Below the pieces are notes generated by a model that made no database searches, was not told the DNA's origin, and was given only the letters and a program-made list of their open reading frames with translations. Below, in pieces: positions 1 through 9,571 of a stretch of DNA of 64,000 nt; position 1 is the first letter of the stretch, and each line of letters starts with the position of its first letter. The stretch is from sequence record LC765218.1; one strand, given 5' to 3'. The translations under genes and the position numbers were made by a program.

Positions 1-59
1 GAAAGAATAAGATACGCTGTAGTGTATTATATTCTGACCTAACAACCAAAGGTACCAAC

Positions 60-428
60 GTGATGCAATGTTTTACACACGTAATGCGGCTAATGGTTGT
101 AGCTGGAATCTTAATGGTTCCACTGCAAGCTGAAGCTACAGAGGTGCGTGTCGATGAGGTTTATTGTGAAGCACTAGCACTAGCTGCTCATGCTACAGCA
201 GAAGCCCGCGGCCGTTCTGAACCCATTGCAAAATGGAAACAGAACCTCCTTGCCCTAAAGGGATACGGTGTGAAGGACAAAGATAACGTTCTTTACAAAA
301 TCCTGCCCAAAGCTATTCAAGACGTCCGTGGTATATACGACGCTAAGGATAGTCCGCGAGACGCATACATGGCATCGTTTGATTCATGCATGTCTGAAGA
401 TTACGGCAAAATGGTCGTGATTAGGTAA
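60..428 (+). CDS. Exported small protein (signal peptide, two Cys); paralogue of 21244-22516 trio
   Basis: Hydrophobic N-terminus ending LQA-EA; YCEAL and FDSCMS. Confidence 0.6.
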   Translation: MMQCFTHVMRLMVVAGILMVPLQAEATEVRVDEVYCEALALAAHATAEARGRSEPIAKWKQNLLALKGYGVKDKDNVLYKILPKAIQDVRGIYDAKDSPRDAYMASFDSCMSEDYGKMVVIR

Positions 429-439
429 TGGTACATTTG

Positions 440-459
440 GCCCTCCCTTCGGGGAGGGC
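440..459 (+). terminator. Stem-loop terminator, UUCG
   Basis: GCCCTCCC-TTCG-GGGAGGGC after stop. Confidence 0.8.
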
Positions 460-494
460 TATATGTCGTTTTTTATTTTACTTACGCTAAAAAA

Positions 495-515
495 TATCTC
501 AGATCTACATCATGT
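495..515 (+). promoter_or_regulatory. 21-bp intergenic motif, copy 1
   Basis: TATCTCAGATCTACATCATGT, identical at 19699-19719. Confidence 0.6.
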
Positions 516-550
516 GTTTGATCCCCCTACACACCCAACGAGGAAAATCA

Positions 551-1066
551 ATGTCTTTTATATCTGCGGAATCTTTCACTAATTGGAAGTTCTATAAGGA
601 ATTGAGAAAACAGCATCGCAAACATTTACAACTGTGTCGCCACCGAGCAATTTTGTTCTTTGGCGATGTAATAGGTAGACCCAGGTTGCATATTGATGGT
701 ATTTTATTCAAAGATCTATTTGTCATTCCAGATGTCTTCGTTGTCAGTGGTGGTGACGAGGATTCATTCGATCATCGACTGGAAGAACTGGACAAAGAAA
801 TATGTGTGATCATGAACAATGTCTTCGTACAGCTTGAAGCGGAAGCTATCAACGATTACTACAAAAGTTCTTCACGAGGTGTTACTATTCGTCCTAATGG
901 AGAAACTCCAGTAAAAGACGATGTTGTTATTGGTGAAGGGAAAATTTATATCTGTGATGGCAATGGCAATCTAAACTTACTTTCGAACGAACCTGGTGTA
1001 GTCTATGCATCGACAACTCCATGGTATCTTAAGCCATGGAATTTCATAAAGAACATGTTCCGTTGA
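551..1066 (+). CDS. Hypothetical protein
   Basis: ORF; GAGG RBS before ATG 551. Confidence 0.7.
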   Translation: MSFISAESFTNWKFYKELRKQHRKHLQLCRHRAILFFGDVIGRPRLHIDGILFKDLFVIPDVFVVSGGDEDSFDHRLEELDKEICVIMNNVFVQLEAEAINDYYKSSSRGVTIRPNGETPVKDDVVIGEGKIYICDGNGNLNLLSNEPGVVYASTTPWYLKPWNFIKNMFR

Positions 1067-1073
1067 GGTAATC

Positions 1074-1505
1074 ATGTATCCATTCCAGAAACCCAATGAG
1101 CTGCAACCACGTCATGAACTTGATGGTGATGTTATTACCAATCGTTGGGTTCCGGGTGTAGCACCGCGTACTTTAAAAGAACTCAAAGAAGTACATGCTA
1201 ACCTTCCCAAAGGTGATCTTAGTGCTCTCGATGAATTCAGCCGATCGGTTAGTCAATCCATCGATGCTTATCTCATTGAAGATAGCGATGAGTCTAATGC
1301 AGCTGTAAAGAAAATAATCTCGGAATCCAAGACATGGAACATTAGTGTCTATACGGGTACCCAGATCCATCACATACTCACGGCCAATCCCAAAATGGCA
1401 AATGGTCCTGAAGATGTAGGTTACTTCAAGAAATACCGTGATCACATGTCTTCTCTCAATAAAGAAAAGAAACTGATCACTTCTATCACTGAACGATTCC
1501 TTTAA
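1074..1505 (+). CDS. Hypothetical protein
   Basis: ORF with GAGG RBS. Confidence 0.7.
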   Translation: MYPFQKPNELQPRHELDGDVITNRWVPGVAPRTLKELKEVHANLPKGDLSALDEFSRSVSQSIDAYLIEDSDESNAAVKKIISESKTWNISVYTGTQIHHILTANPKMANGPEDVGYFKKYRDHMSSLNKEKKLITSITERFL

Positions 1506-1519
1506 TCTGGAGACTCAAA

Positions 1520-2317
1520 ATGATCAAACTCACTTCTGCACTGAATCAAAAACTGGTTGAAGCATACTACAACTGGAATGCAGATAACAACATGTACCGC
1601 TTCGACTGTGTTATCGATGTAGGTTATCTGGCAGAACCGCTTCGTAAAATCATGATGCGTTCGAAAGATTTCAATGCCACTAATGGTACCATCGTTCTCA
1701 ATCTGTCGGTAAATGCGTGCCGCCACATTGATTATTCGGGTGATTGCTTCTATGGTGAAATTGCTTTCTCGGGTATGCCTACTCGTTTGCATCTGCCATG
1801 GCATTCTTTCATTGGTGTGAATGTGCAGATCTCTGAGAATGCAAGTGTGTTCTCTTCGTTCCCTAATGTCGATCGGATTTTGTTTGATGCCGAGAATCCG
1901 ACGTATGTTCATCCCTTCCGCGATATTGCTAATGGTGCGCCTGGTACCGTCAGCATTGATATCGTAGATGTAATGGCATGGCTGGCAGAGAAGGGAATCA
2001 CCGATGTTCCCGTAGAGAAAGCGCTTGAACATGTACAGCACATGGTTAGCAACGATGACGATTTGTTCTCTCAGTTCTTGTCCTATGTTTCCGAACGTGC
2101 AAATACTCGGAAACTAAAAGAACTGGAAGAAACTGAAGATTTCATTGCTAATCAACCTGGTGTGGAGGTTAGTCCGATCAAGAAATACCCCGAACTGAAG
2201 GTTGTTGATAAACCTCTTCTCGACTTTGGCGATCTTCCCGGTGCACCAGTTAATGTTGCTCCATCCCGTTATAAAGGCAAGCCGAAGCTTACCGTAATTA
2301 AAGGAGGTAAAAAGTAA
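1520..2317 (+). CDS. sspB: SspB-like ClpXP adaptor protein
   Basis: YNWNADN..IVLNLSVNACRHI..IAFSGMP..LHLPW resembles the SspB core; C-terminal KPKLTVIKGGKK resembles the ClpX-binding tail. Confidence 0.7.
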   Translation: MIKLTSALNQKLVEAYYNWNADNNMYRFDCVIDVGYLAEPLRKIMMRSKDFNATNGTIVLNLSVNACRHIDYSGDCFYGEIAFSGMPTRLHLPWHSFIGVNVQISENASVFSSFPNVDRILFDAENPTYVHPFRDIANGAPGTVSIDIVDVMAWLAEKGITDVPVEKALEHVQHMVSNDDDLFSQFLSYVSERANTRKLKELEETEDFIANQPGVEVSPIKKYPELKVVDKPLLDFGDLPGAPVNVAPSRYKGKPKLTVIKGGKK

Positions 2318-2565
2318 TGTCTCTTGCAGGAGCTATTCTCATTAGCACTACTATTGTCTCTGGTATTTATGCTGGTGGTTCTTCTGAAACCACCACTAAG
2401 ATGGAAAGCATTGACTCCTGTTGGAAAGCTGTAGGTGCTATTCAAGATACAACAGCAGCGAATGGAACTAAAGTTAAAGTAGTTCGTACTCAGGCCGGTG
2501 TGGTTCTGGAATACGAATTCGATAATAAAAACATTCGTCGCGAAATGTCATGCGTTTCAATGTAA
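2317..2565 (+). CDS. Small exported/membrane hypothetical protein
   Basis: Hydrophobic N-terminus; TAATG overlap. Confidence 0.6.
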   Translation: MSLAGAILISTTIVSGIYAGGSSETTTKMESIDSCWKAVGAIQDTTAANGTKVKVVRTQAGVVLEYEFDNKNIRREMSCVSM

Positions 2566-2598
2566 TATTATGTAGTTGATCGTAAAGGTCAGCGCACC

Positions 2599-2618
2599 GG
2601 GGCTCCTTCGGGAGCCCC
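2599..2618 (+). terminator. Stem-loop terminator, UUCG
   Basis: GGGGCTCC-TTCG-GGAGCCCC then T-rich. Confidence 0.8.
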
Positions 2619-2649
2619 ATCTATTTTCTTTTTGTCGTGAGGTATAGAA

Positions 2650-3405
2650 ATGACATCTCCATTCGTAATGTCCCGTATCCATAAAGAGATCGCTGATGGT
2701 CTTTCTCTTGGCACTGTAGATATCGGACGCAAACCACTGGAGTTCGTATTTTGCACCCCCAGTTATGAAGAGTTTCAAGAACTCGTAGCTATCTCTGATT
2801 TTGTCAAGCAACTTGGACATGACCTTAAAGTGTTTCATGGTACGCTTGATGCACTCGGAGACCACGCGGACGAGTTTGACTACTACATGACCGCGGGTAA
2901 CTCATACGGGCATATGACCGGTGGATATGATGGTGCCCTAGCTACCCGTTTTGTTAACATGCAGAAAAATGTGGTTCACGATATCAATCGTTTCCACAAC
3001 GGTGAGTTAAACGTAGGTTCCTGTGCTTGCGTTCAATTCACCAAACTTAATGGTATCACTGCAACACTCCTGTACACTCCTACGATGCGTGTTCCTCGCA
3101 GGCTACCCAAAGGTTCGGATGTTCCGTATCTAGCCTCTAAGGCAGCTCTAGATGGCATTGCTGGGTGTGAATGGTACGGTAAACAAAAGAAAGATTCTTT
3201 CCGTGTCCTCGGTTGCCTGATGGGAACCGGCACTGGTGTTATTCCAGCCCGAGTAGCTGTAACCCAATTTGCAATTGCGTTGTACAACTATACTTACCCG
3301 TCCAATGTAGAGAAGCTGTTTAAGGATGGTCAACGTACTGACAACGCTATTCGTGAAACCTGGAAAGAAGAGGGCGGGTTCTGGAAACTTCGTCTTGAGG
3401 AATAA
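2650..3405 (+). CDS. Macrodomain (ADP-ribose binding/hydrolase) protein
   Basis: AGNSYGHMTGGYDGAL, GELNVGS, LLYTPTMRVP, LMGTGTG match macrodomain loops. Confidence 0.8.
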   Translation: MTSPFVMSRIHKEIADGLSLGTVDIGRKPLEFVFCTPSYEEFQELVAISDFVKQLGHDLKVFHGTLDALGDHADEFDYYMTAGNSYGHMTGGYDGALATRFVNMQKNVVHDINRFHNGELNVGSCACVQFTKLNGITATLLYTPTMRVPRRLPKGSDVPYLASKAALDGIAGCEWYGKQKKDSFRVLGCLMGTGTGVIPARVAVTQFAIALYNYTYPSNVEKLFKDGQRTDNAIRETWKEEGGFWKLRLEE

Positions 3406-3407
3406 AC

Positions 3408-3674
3408 ATGGCATCCTTAATTAGCTATACCCCTGTTGAACGCAAACGAGAATTCGATCTGAAGTACAAACACAATAATAACATCCACTTCGTTATCGAC
3501 AACAGTCACACTGGTAATATGCCGGTCGTGGAATCAGTTGCAGATGGGTTTAAAGTCATCTGTACGGATTATCAGAATTTCAATATGCACCGCCGTGACG
3601 AAAGTCCATATTGGGATCATTTCTACGAAGTAGCTGGTATCCCGAAATCCTACGACCCTGAGGAAAAGAAATGA
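3408..3674 (+). CDS. Hypothetical protein
   Basis: ORF with GAGG RBS. Confidence 0.65.
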   Translation: MASLISYTPVERKREFDLKYKHNNNIHFVIDNSHTGNMPVVESVADGFKVICTDYQNFNMHRRDESPYWDHFYEVAGIPKSYDPEEKK

Positions 3675-3979
3675 TTAGTTACGTTGCTGAAAGCACCACT
3701 GAAGATTCGCTGGTTAAATACAAAGTCGACTTCGGTACTATTCCAACTCCCCGTAAACTGATTGCCATTAAGCAAAATGATGAAGTTTTCGAACTGGGTG
3801 AAATCAACACTGATGATAACACTTATCAGTATTACGATAAACGTAATAACCTAGTCGTAGCTGTTGTCAAATATGACGAATTCAATAACAGTATTCGTCT
3901 CCTTACCGAACGTAAACACACTGAGAATTATGAATTCATATTCGGTTCTCACTCGGTGAAATTCAAAGGTGAAAAATGA
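3671..3979 (+). CDS. Hypothetical protein
   Basis: ATGA-coupled ORF. Confidence 0.65.
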   Translation: MISYVAESTTEDSLVKYKVDFGTIPTPRKLIAIKQNDEVFELGEINTDDNTYQYYDKRNNLVVAVVKYDEFNNSIRLLTERKHTENYEFIFGSHSVKFKGEK

Positions 3980-4380
3980 ACAATCCAACTGTAAACGCTT
4001 TACCTCTTCCAACTACTAATGAAGTCAAATTTTTGTTGACTCCGTTCAACAATTATAAACTGACTGTACCGCCGTCTCGTGGTCACTACTTCATCGGGTT
4101 GACTGAAGTCACTGCTTACATTAACCCAGGTAACATGGGTATCATCGTACCCAGTTGCGATCACCTGATGGGTATCTCTCGCACTAGCAATAGTTCAGGC
4201 GATTACACTGAAGTTCAATACATGGCAACTGATGAACTTGTTCCGAACGGTGCTCGTGTGTGGGTTGATGGCGGTAGTATCCATTATGAATCTGATGGTG
4301 ATGACGCCCGTGCCGAATCTGGTATCATTCTCCAAGTAACTGCAAAGTTCCTAAAGGTAGTTGAAGATGACAATCTCTGA
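3976..4380 (+). CDS. Hypothetical protein
   Basis: ATGA-coupled ORF. Confidence 0.65.
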   Translation: MNNPTVNALPLPTTNEVKFLLTPFNNYKLTVPPSRGHYFIGLTEVTAYINPGNMGIIVPSCDHLMGISRTSNSSGDYTEVQYMATDELVPNGARVWVDGGSIHYESDGDDARAESGIILQVTAKFLKVVEDDNL

Positions 4381-4705
4381 AATCGTAAGTCGTAACCTAC
4401 TGCAATCCACTGGTGCTTGGGCAGTCGTCCATAACCGTGCTACCATGAACTTCATTGCTATCGGTCATGACCGTAAGGTTATTAAAGGTATCAGTCTGGG
4501 TTATCCGGTGAATGTTGGTGATGTCGATTTCAGTCATGTCGTGGATGTCCCTATGACCTTCGAAATCAGTTATCAAAATGATCCTCATCTGGGTCATCCT
4601 ACTGGTAATATGGAAGCTCTTCTGAAAGCTATTGAAGAAACTACCCATAAAACTCTAGGTCTTCCTAGCAAGTTGACCGTAGCTTCTAACGATGGAGGTG
4701 TTTAA
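4367..4705 (+). CDS. Hypothetical protein
   Basis: ORF coupled to thyA. Confidence 0.65.
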   Translation: MTISEIVSRNLLQSTGAWAVVHNRATMNFIAIGHDRKVIKGISLGYPVNVGDVDFSHVVDVPMTFEISYQNDPHLGHPTGNMEALLKAIEETTHKTLGLPSKLTVASNDGGV

Positions 4706-6048
4706 TGCATCAGTATCTACAACTACTTGAAGATACCCAGAAGTACGGTGTATTTAAAGGTGACCGTACTGGTACGGGTACTACCTCTTTGTTCGGTAGA
4801 CAGTTCCGCTATGATCTTCGTAACGGTAACCTCCCTGTAGTGACCACCAAGAAGATTCATCTTCCGTCGGTTGAAGAAGAACTCAACTGGATGAAGTCTG
4901 GTGACACTCGCCTTGAGTATCTCCTGAGCAAGAACGTTACCATTTGGAATGAATGGGTTAAACCAGGTACTGAAGTATTTGAAATTGTTTCTGATGAGTG
5001 GTTAACCACGGCTGTTCAGAAAAAGTTCAAAAACGTTCCATTTGAAATGCACTTCAGTAATGAGATCGGTGATGTTGATTGGAAGTGGCTTGAACCCGAG
5101 CAGGGTACCCCAGCTAAACTTCTGATTAATCTGAAGACGTGGGCCGATACGGAACGCTTTGGTCCTGGTCCTAGTGCTTATGATTATTACGGCATGGCTC
5201 TACGTGTTTATCGCATCACTATTGGCGATGCAAAGATCGTAGTCAAAGACAAAGATGGTTCTCTTGTTGCTTACCGTTTAATCGGTGGTGACCTTGGTCC
5301 TGTCTACGGCAAGACATGGCGTGATATCGATGACGTTCGAATTGTCCCCAAAGTCGACTGGGTTAACTACGAGAAACGTGGTTTTAAATTCGTGGTAGAC
5401 GTACCTGGTGAAGACTATACTAAAGACGAGTGTGTTATTCGTCGACATGTGGATCAGGTTCAGGAACTCTTGTATCAGTTGGAGCATAATCCGGATAGTC
5501 GTCGTCTGATTATCTGCGCTTGGGATCCTCGGTTGGTTGAAGATCAAGCACTACCTCCATGCCACGCATTTATTCAGTTCTGGACTCGTGAGCTGACTCT
5601 AGAAGAACGTTATGAATGGGCGCAGGAAAATGATCCAGAATCACAGAACATTTATCTAGAGGATCAGCAACCTGAAACTGGACACGAGCTATGGGATAAA
5701 CTCGGGGTTCCGAAACGAGCTATCAGTTGCCAACTCTATCAAAGATCGGCGGACGAATTTTTGGGCGTGCCCTTTAACATCATGTTCTATTCGCTGATGA
5801 CCCATCAATTGGCGAACCAGTTTAACATGGTAGCAGAAGAGTTCATCTGGACTGGTGGTGACTGTCACATCTACAGTAACCATGAGGAACAGGTTACTCT
5901 GCAACGTTCGCGGAATACTTATCCTACTCCTACCATCCGCTTCAAGCCTGAGGCCAAAGGTAAACCTTTCCTTGATATCACTCGGGAAGATTACGAGATT
6001 CTGGATTATCAGTTCCATCCGCACATTGCTGGTAAAGTTGCTGTTTAA
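4705..6048 (+). CDS. thyA: Thymidylate synthase with large insertions
   Basis: DRTGTGT, RRLIICAWDP, ALPPCH, YQRSADEFLGVPFNI, GDCHIYSNH. Confidence 0.97.
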   Translation: MHQYLQLLEDTQKYGVFKGDRTGTGTTSLFGRQFRYDLRNGNLPVVTTKKIHLPSVEEELNWMKSGDTRLEYLLSKNVTIWNEWVKPGTEVFEIVSDEWLTTAVQKKFKNVPFEMHFSNEIGDVDWKWLEPEQGTPAKLLINLKTWADTERFGPGPSAYDYYGMALRVYRITIGDAKIVVKDKDGSLVAYRLIGGDLGPVYGKTWRDIDDVRIVPKVDWVNYEKRGFKFVVDVPGEDYTKDECVIRRHVDQVQELLYQLEHNPDSRRLIICAWDPRLVEDQALPPCHAFIQFWTRELTLEERYEWAQENDPESQNIYLEDQQPETGHELWDKLGVPKRAISCQLYQRSADEFLGVPFNIMFYSLMTHQLANQFNMVAEEFIWTGGDCHIYSNHEEQVTLQRSRNTYPTPTIRFKPEAKGKPFLDITREDYEILDYQFHPHIAGKVAV

Positions 6049-6055
6049 CATAAAC

Positions 6056-6073
6056 GCCTCCCTTCGGGGAGGC
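6056..6073 (+). terminator. Stem-loop terminator, UUCG
   Basis: GCCTCCC-TTCG-GGGAGGC-TTTATTTT. Confidence 0.85.
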
Positions 6074-6101
6074 TTTATTTTCCTTTGGAGGTATACTTCT
6101 T

Positions 6102-6509
6102 ATGAACAATATCGAACTTAAACATCAGCTTGAACTCGCCGTAGAACTGATGGGTGTAGACCCTGCTCCACTTAAAATCGGTATCGCTGGTGATCGAGTT
6201 GATACTGCAACACGATGCGGTATTTTCAATGGGAAAGATCCGGGTAGAGAATTCAGTATCGGTCTTGGAATTGTTAGCCGAAAGCAATGGCTTGAACTCA
6301 CTGATGATTCCCTGATTCTCAATAAACCAAATAAAGATCCGGTTGTCATTCCCTATGACGCTATCTATGAGTTGAACATTCCTCTGGAATATGGCGAACA
6401 AGCAGAAAAAGAAGGTTGGATGTATTACAACCTTCTCGGGGAATCGATGTTCATGTATTTGGATACCGGTAAAGAAGAGAAACTTCAACTAGCTAAGGTA
6501 GAAGCCTGA
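6102..6509 (+). CDS. Hypothetical protein
   Basis: ORF with GGAGG RBS; coupled to next gene. Confidence 0.7.
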   Translation: MNNIELKHQLELAVELMGVDPAPLKIGIAGDRVDTATRCGIFNGKDPGREFSIGLGIVSRKQWLELTDDSLILNKPNKDPVVIPYDAIYELNIPLEYGEQAEKEGWMYYNLLGESMFMYLDTGKEEKLQLAKVEA

Positions 6510-7333
6510 TGGATCCACGACACCCAGTTAGCGATGAAATGCGCGCAACGGTAAACGCTGAACTTGACCGAATTGAGAGGAAGTACGGTGTAAAGATTAT
6601 TTACGCTTGTGAGTCTGGTAGTCGTGGTTGGGGTTTTGCTTCTACTAACAGTGACTATGATGTTCGTTTCATCTACGTTAACCATCCGAGTCATTACGTT
6701 CGTGTAGATAACGAAGGTCGTGACACTATCGAGGAGATGGTATCGAAAGAACTCGATCTAGCTGGTTGGAATATCACCAAGACTCTACAGTTGGCTTATA
6801 AGTCCAACCCAACTCTGTTGGAATGGCTAAACTCTCCGATCGTCTATCGGAAGAATCAATGGGACTACGATCTGATTCGTTCCTATGCCATCAAGCACTT
6901 CATTCCTGAATCGAGCTTCATGCATTATATCTCCATGGCCAAACAAACCAAGATGCGATGGCTGTCGGATGATAAGGTTCGAATGAAGAAATACTTCTAT
7001 GCTTTGCGTCCTCTACTTGCAGCATTGTGGGTAGAGACCAGTCGTGAACATCCACCCATGGTGTTCCATGAACTGTTGCCTATTCTGTCTGATCCTACTC
7101 TGTACAAGCGTATCCAAGAATTGGTTAACGCTAAGGTTGGAGCTACTGAGCAGGATCTCGTTGACCGTTGCCCAGTTCTTGATCGGTTCATTGATTTCCA
7201 TCTGGCTAAAGAGAAACCAAACTTCGGCGAATACGAACGTCCGGATATCTACAGGCTCAGTGAACTCGCTTGGCACTTCGTTGATCAATACAAGTTCGAC
7301 ACGTTCCAGTTACTACATGGTACTGAAAAATGA
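6509..7333 (+). CDS. RlaP/YcgL-family nucleotidyltransferase (Pol-beta fold)
   Basis: IIYACESGSRGWGFAS..SDYDVRFIY, DLAGW, SNPTLLEWLNSPIVY, KKYFYALRPLLA. Confidence 0.88.
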   Translation: MDPRHPVSDEMRATVNAELDRIERKYGVKIIYACESGSRGWGFASTNSDYDVRFIYVNHPSHYVRVDNEGRDTIEEMVSKELDLAGWNITKTLQLAYKSNPTLLEWLNSPIVYRKNQWDYDLIRSYAIKHFIPESSFMHYISMAKQTKMRWLSDDKVRMKKYFYALRPLLAALWVETSREHPPMVFHELLPILSDPTLYKRIQELVNAKVGATEQDLVDRCPVLDRFIDFHLAKEKPNFGEYERPDIYRLSELAWHFVDQYKFDTFQLLHGTEK

Positions 7334-7920
7334 ACGGCGGATTAGAGATGGCTATTATAAATGCAGCAGCGGCACGTTCCCCACACGGTTACAGTGAATC
7401 CATCGGCTGTAAGATAACTACCCGTAAGGAACCGTACGTGCCTATTTCCAAATGGGTTAAATTACGGTGTGTCGTATTGTATCTACTCTGTCTGTTATTC
7501 TTGAGTGGCGCAATCTACAACAGCTTGTATTCGGAATACGTAACCAAACGTAAGACGGAGGTGATTCTAACTTGGAAGTGGGAGGAATCTTACAAGTACA
7601 AGAATGGCGTTTATACCGAACTAATGAGTCGTTGGGAAGGGAAGATGAAAGGAAAACCTTTCGTCTATGAAACCAAGCTGGATAATTACACCTATCACCA
7701 TGTTCCCGTAGGTACAAATTATGTCCTCGATATCGCCCCGCGCGATGTTGATGAAAGTAATAGCCTATGGATTATCATGAGCTTGGTATGGGCAGCTTTA
7801 GCTGCCATCTTGGGTGGACCTGCAATGTGGTTCAGTGTGAGACCATGGTTTGTTGATGTAGAACTCCGGAGGAAAGAGAAAGAATGTGCTATGAAAGAAG
7901 AATCATCCCACTCGCAATAA
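7330..7920 (+). CDS. Membrane protein, two TM helices
   Basis: Two long hydrophobic segments. Confidence 0.65.
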   Translation: MNGGLEMAIINAAAARSPHGYSESIGCKITTRKEPYVPISKWVKLRCVVLYLLCLLFLSGAIYNSLYSEYVTKRKTEVILTWKWEESYKYKNGVYTELMSRWEGKMKGKPFVYETKLDNYTYHHVPVGTNYVLDIAPRDVDESNSLWIIMSLVWAALAAILGGPAMWFSVRPWFVDVELRRKEKECAMKEESSHSQ

Positions 7921-8270
7921 ACTCTTATCCTCTTCCAGCGTTCTTATGGAATGAGCGGTGCCTTCGGGCACCAAAGCCCTTCATGATCGATGGCTACTAT
8001 CACATACCTCCCTATCGTAGGGTAAGACCGGGATTTATAGTTGTTCCTACTGGCTTCACGACAACGCCTAGTACCGTAAGAGATGTAGTTGAGCCTCTAC
8101 GCGGTCGAGTGCGTAATACCAATAAGGCTATTGACAATTTACTCAAAAGTCTTATCTAATACGGACATGCATGACATTACTCTACATGTCCTTGGAATTC
8201 TGCGATCCCGACCTTGGCACAACGTTAAATCGTTGAATTCCTAAACCTTAAAACATCCGGAGCGTCTACA

Positions 8271-9524
8271 ATGACTACTCAAAATTACGTTATGCTGAAC
8301 GAACAAAATGAATTCCCAATCAAAGGCTGGGTTAAGGGCGTACCGGTTGAAGCCGATGCTAAGCGTCAGCTGAAAAACATTGCGGGACTCCCGTTCATTT
8401 ACAAGCATTTGGCAGTAATGCCTGATGTCCATCTTGGGACCGGTGCTACCATCGGTTCTGTTATCGCTACTCGGGGTGCAATCATTCCGTCTGCGGTAGG
8501 GGTCGATATTGGGTGCGGAATGGCCTGCCAGCTGACTGATCTGACAGCTAACGACATGACTCGTGGCCTACAACATCTTCGATATAGAATCGAGTCCCGT
8601 ATCCCCCATGGTCGTACTGACAATGGCGGACCTAACGACCGTGGTGCATGGAGTGACTTCAACCTCGTTTACAAGAAACTCGAACCAGAACTCCAAGTTC
8701 AGGTTAAGAAGCTTGAAGAGGAACTGAAGCTCATTGTAGCTAAACACCCCAAACTGGGTAAAGCAGCTAACCGTGCGTTCAACCATGCTGGTACCCTCGG
8801 CACTGGTAACCACTTCGTCGAAATCTGTCTGGATGAACAAGATCGAGTTTGGATCATGCTCCATTCGGGTTCTCGTGGGATCGGTAACGCTATTGGTCGG
8901 TACTTCATCGAGAAAGCAAAAGAGGAGATGCGGCTCTACCACATCAACCTGCCTGATCAGGACCTCGCTTATCTGCCGGAAGGTACCAAGTACTACAACG
9001 ATTACATCGAAGCTGTACATTGGGCTCAGCGTTATGCAGCACTCAACCGTACCATCATGATGCGGGCGACCATTGAGGCTGTAGCTGATTACATGGGTCG
9101 TCCAATCAATACCAGTCTCACTGCGGTCAACTGCCACCACAACTACGTGTCGTTCGAGAATCACTTCGGTGCGAAAGTATCCGTTACTCGTAAAGGCGCT
9201 GTACGGGCAGATGAAGGCATGTATGGTATTATCCCTGGATCGATGGGTGCAAAGAGCTTCATCGTGAAAGGTAAAGGGAACCGCGAGTCCTTCTGTTCGT
9301 GTTCGCACGGAGCAGGACGTGTCATGTCCCGAACCCAAGCCGCTAAGACTTTCACTCTTGAAGATCATGCTCGTGATACTGCCGGTATAGAATGCCGGAA
9401 AGACATTGACGTAATCGACGAGACTCCAAAGGCTTATAAGAACATCGAAGACGTAATGGCTGCTCAGGATGACCTCATTGAGATCGTCCACACCCTGCGT
9501 CAAATTGTTTGCGTCAAGGGCTAA
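8271..9524 (+). CDS. rtcB: RtcB RNA ligase (3'-P/2',3'-cyclic-P to 5'-OH)
   Basis: MPDVHLG, VGVDIGCG, GTLGTGNHF, LHSGSRG, HHNY, TRKGA, SCSHGAGR, DETPKAYK. Confidence 0.97.
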   Translation: MTTQNYVMLNEQNEFPIKGWVKGVPVEADAKRQLKNIAGLPFIYKHLAVMPDVHLGTGATIGSVIATRGAIIPSAVGVDIGCGMACQLTDLTANDMTRGLQHLRYRIESRIPHGRTDNGGPNDRGAWSDFNLVYKKLEPELQVQVKKLEEELKLIVAKHPKLGKAANRAFNHAGTLGTGNHFVEICLDEQDRVWIMLHSGSRGIGNAIGRYFIEKAKEEMRLYHINLPDQDLAYLPEGTKYYNDYIEAVHWAQRYAALNRTIMMRATIEAVADYMGRPINTSLTAVNCHHNYVSFENHFGAKVSVTRKGAVRADEGMYGIIPGSMGAKSFIVKGKGNRESFCSCSHGAGRVMSRTQAAKTFTLEDHARDTAGIECRKDIDVIDETPKAYKNIEDVMAAQDDLIEIVHTLRQIVCVKG

Positions 9525-9531
9525 CCCGAAC

Positions 9532-9547
9532 GGGGACTTCGGTCCCC
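9532..9547 (+). terminator. Stem-loop, UUCG
   Basis: GGGGAC-TTCG-GTCCCC. Confidence 0.75.
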
Positions 9548-9571
9548 ATAACTTTCCTAAAGGAAAAATAA

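Noticed and set aside
3976-4380. dUTPase-like call
   Set aside because: Only a vague beta-rich resemblance; none of the five dUTPase motifs is identifiable
4705-6048. Intron or intein in thyA
   Set aside because: The frame is continuous and the inserts lack intein termini and homing-endonuclease motifs
7884-8159. 91-aa ORF between the membrane gene and rtcB
   Set aside because: No convincing start or RBS and it overlaps the upstream gene; left unannotated, though it could be real
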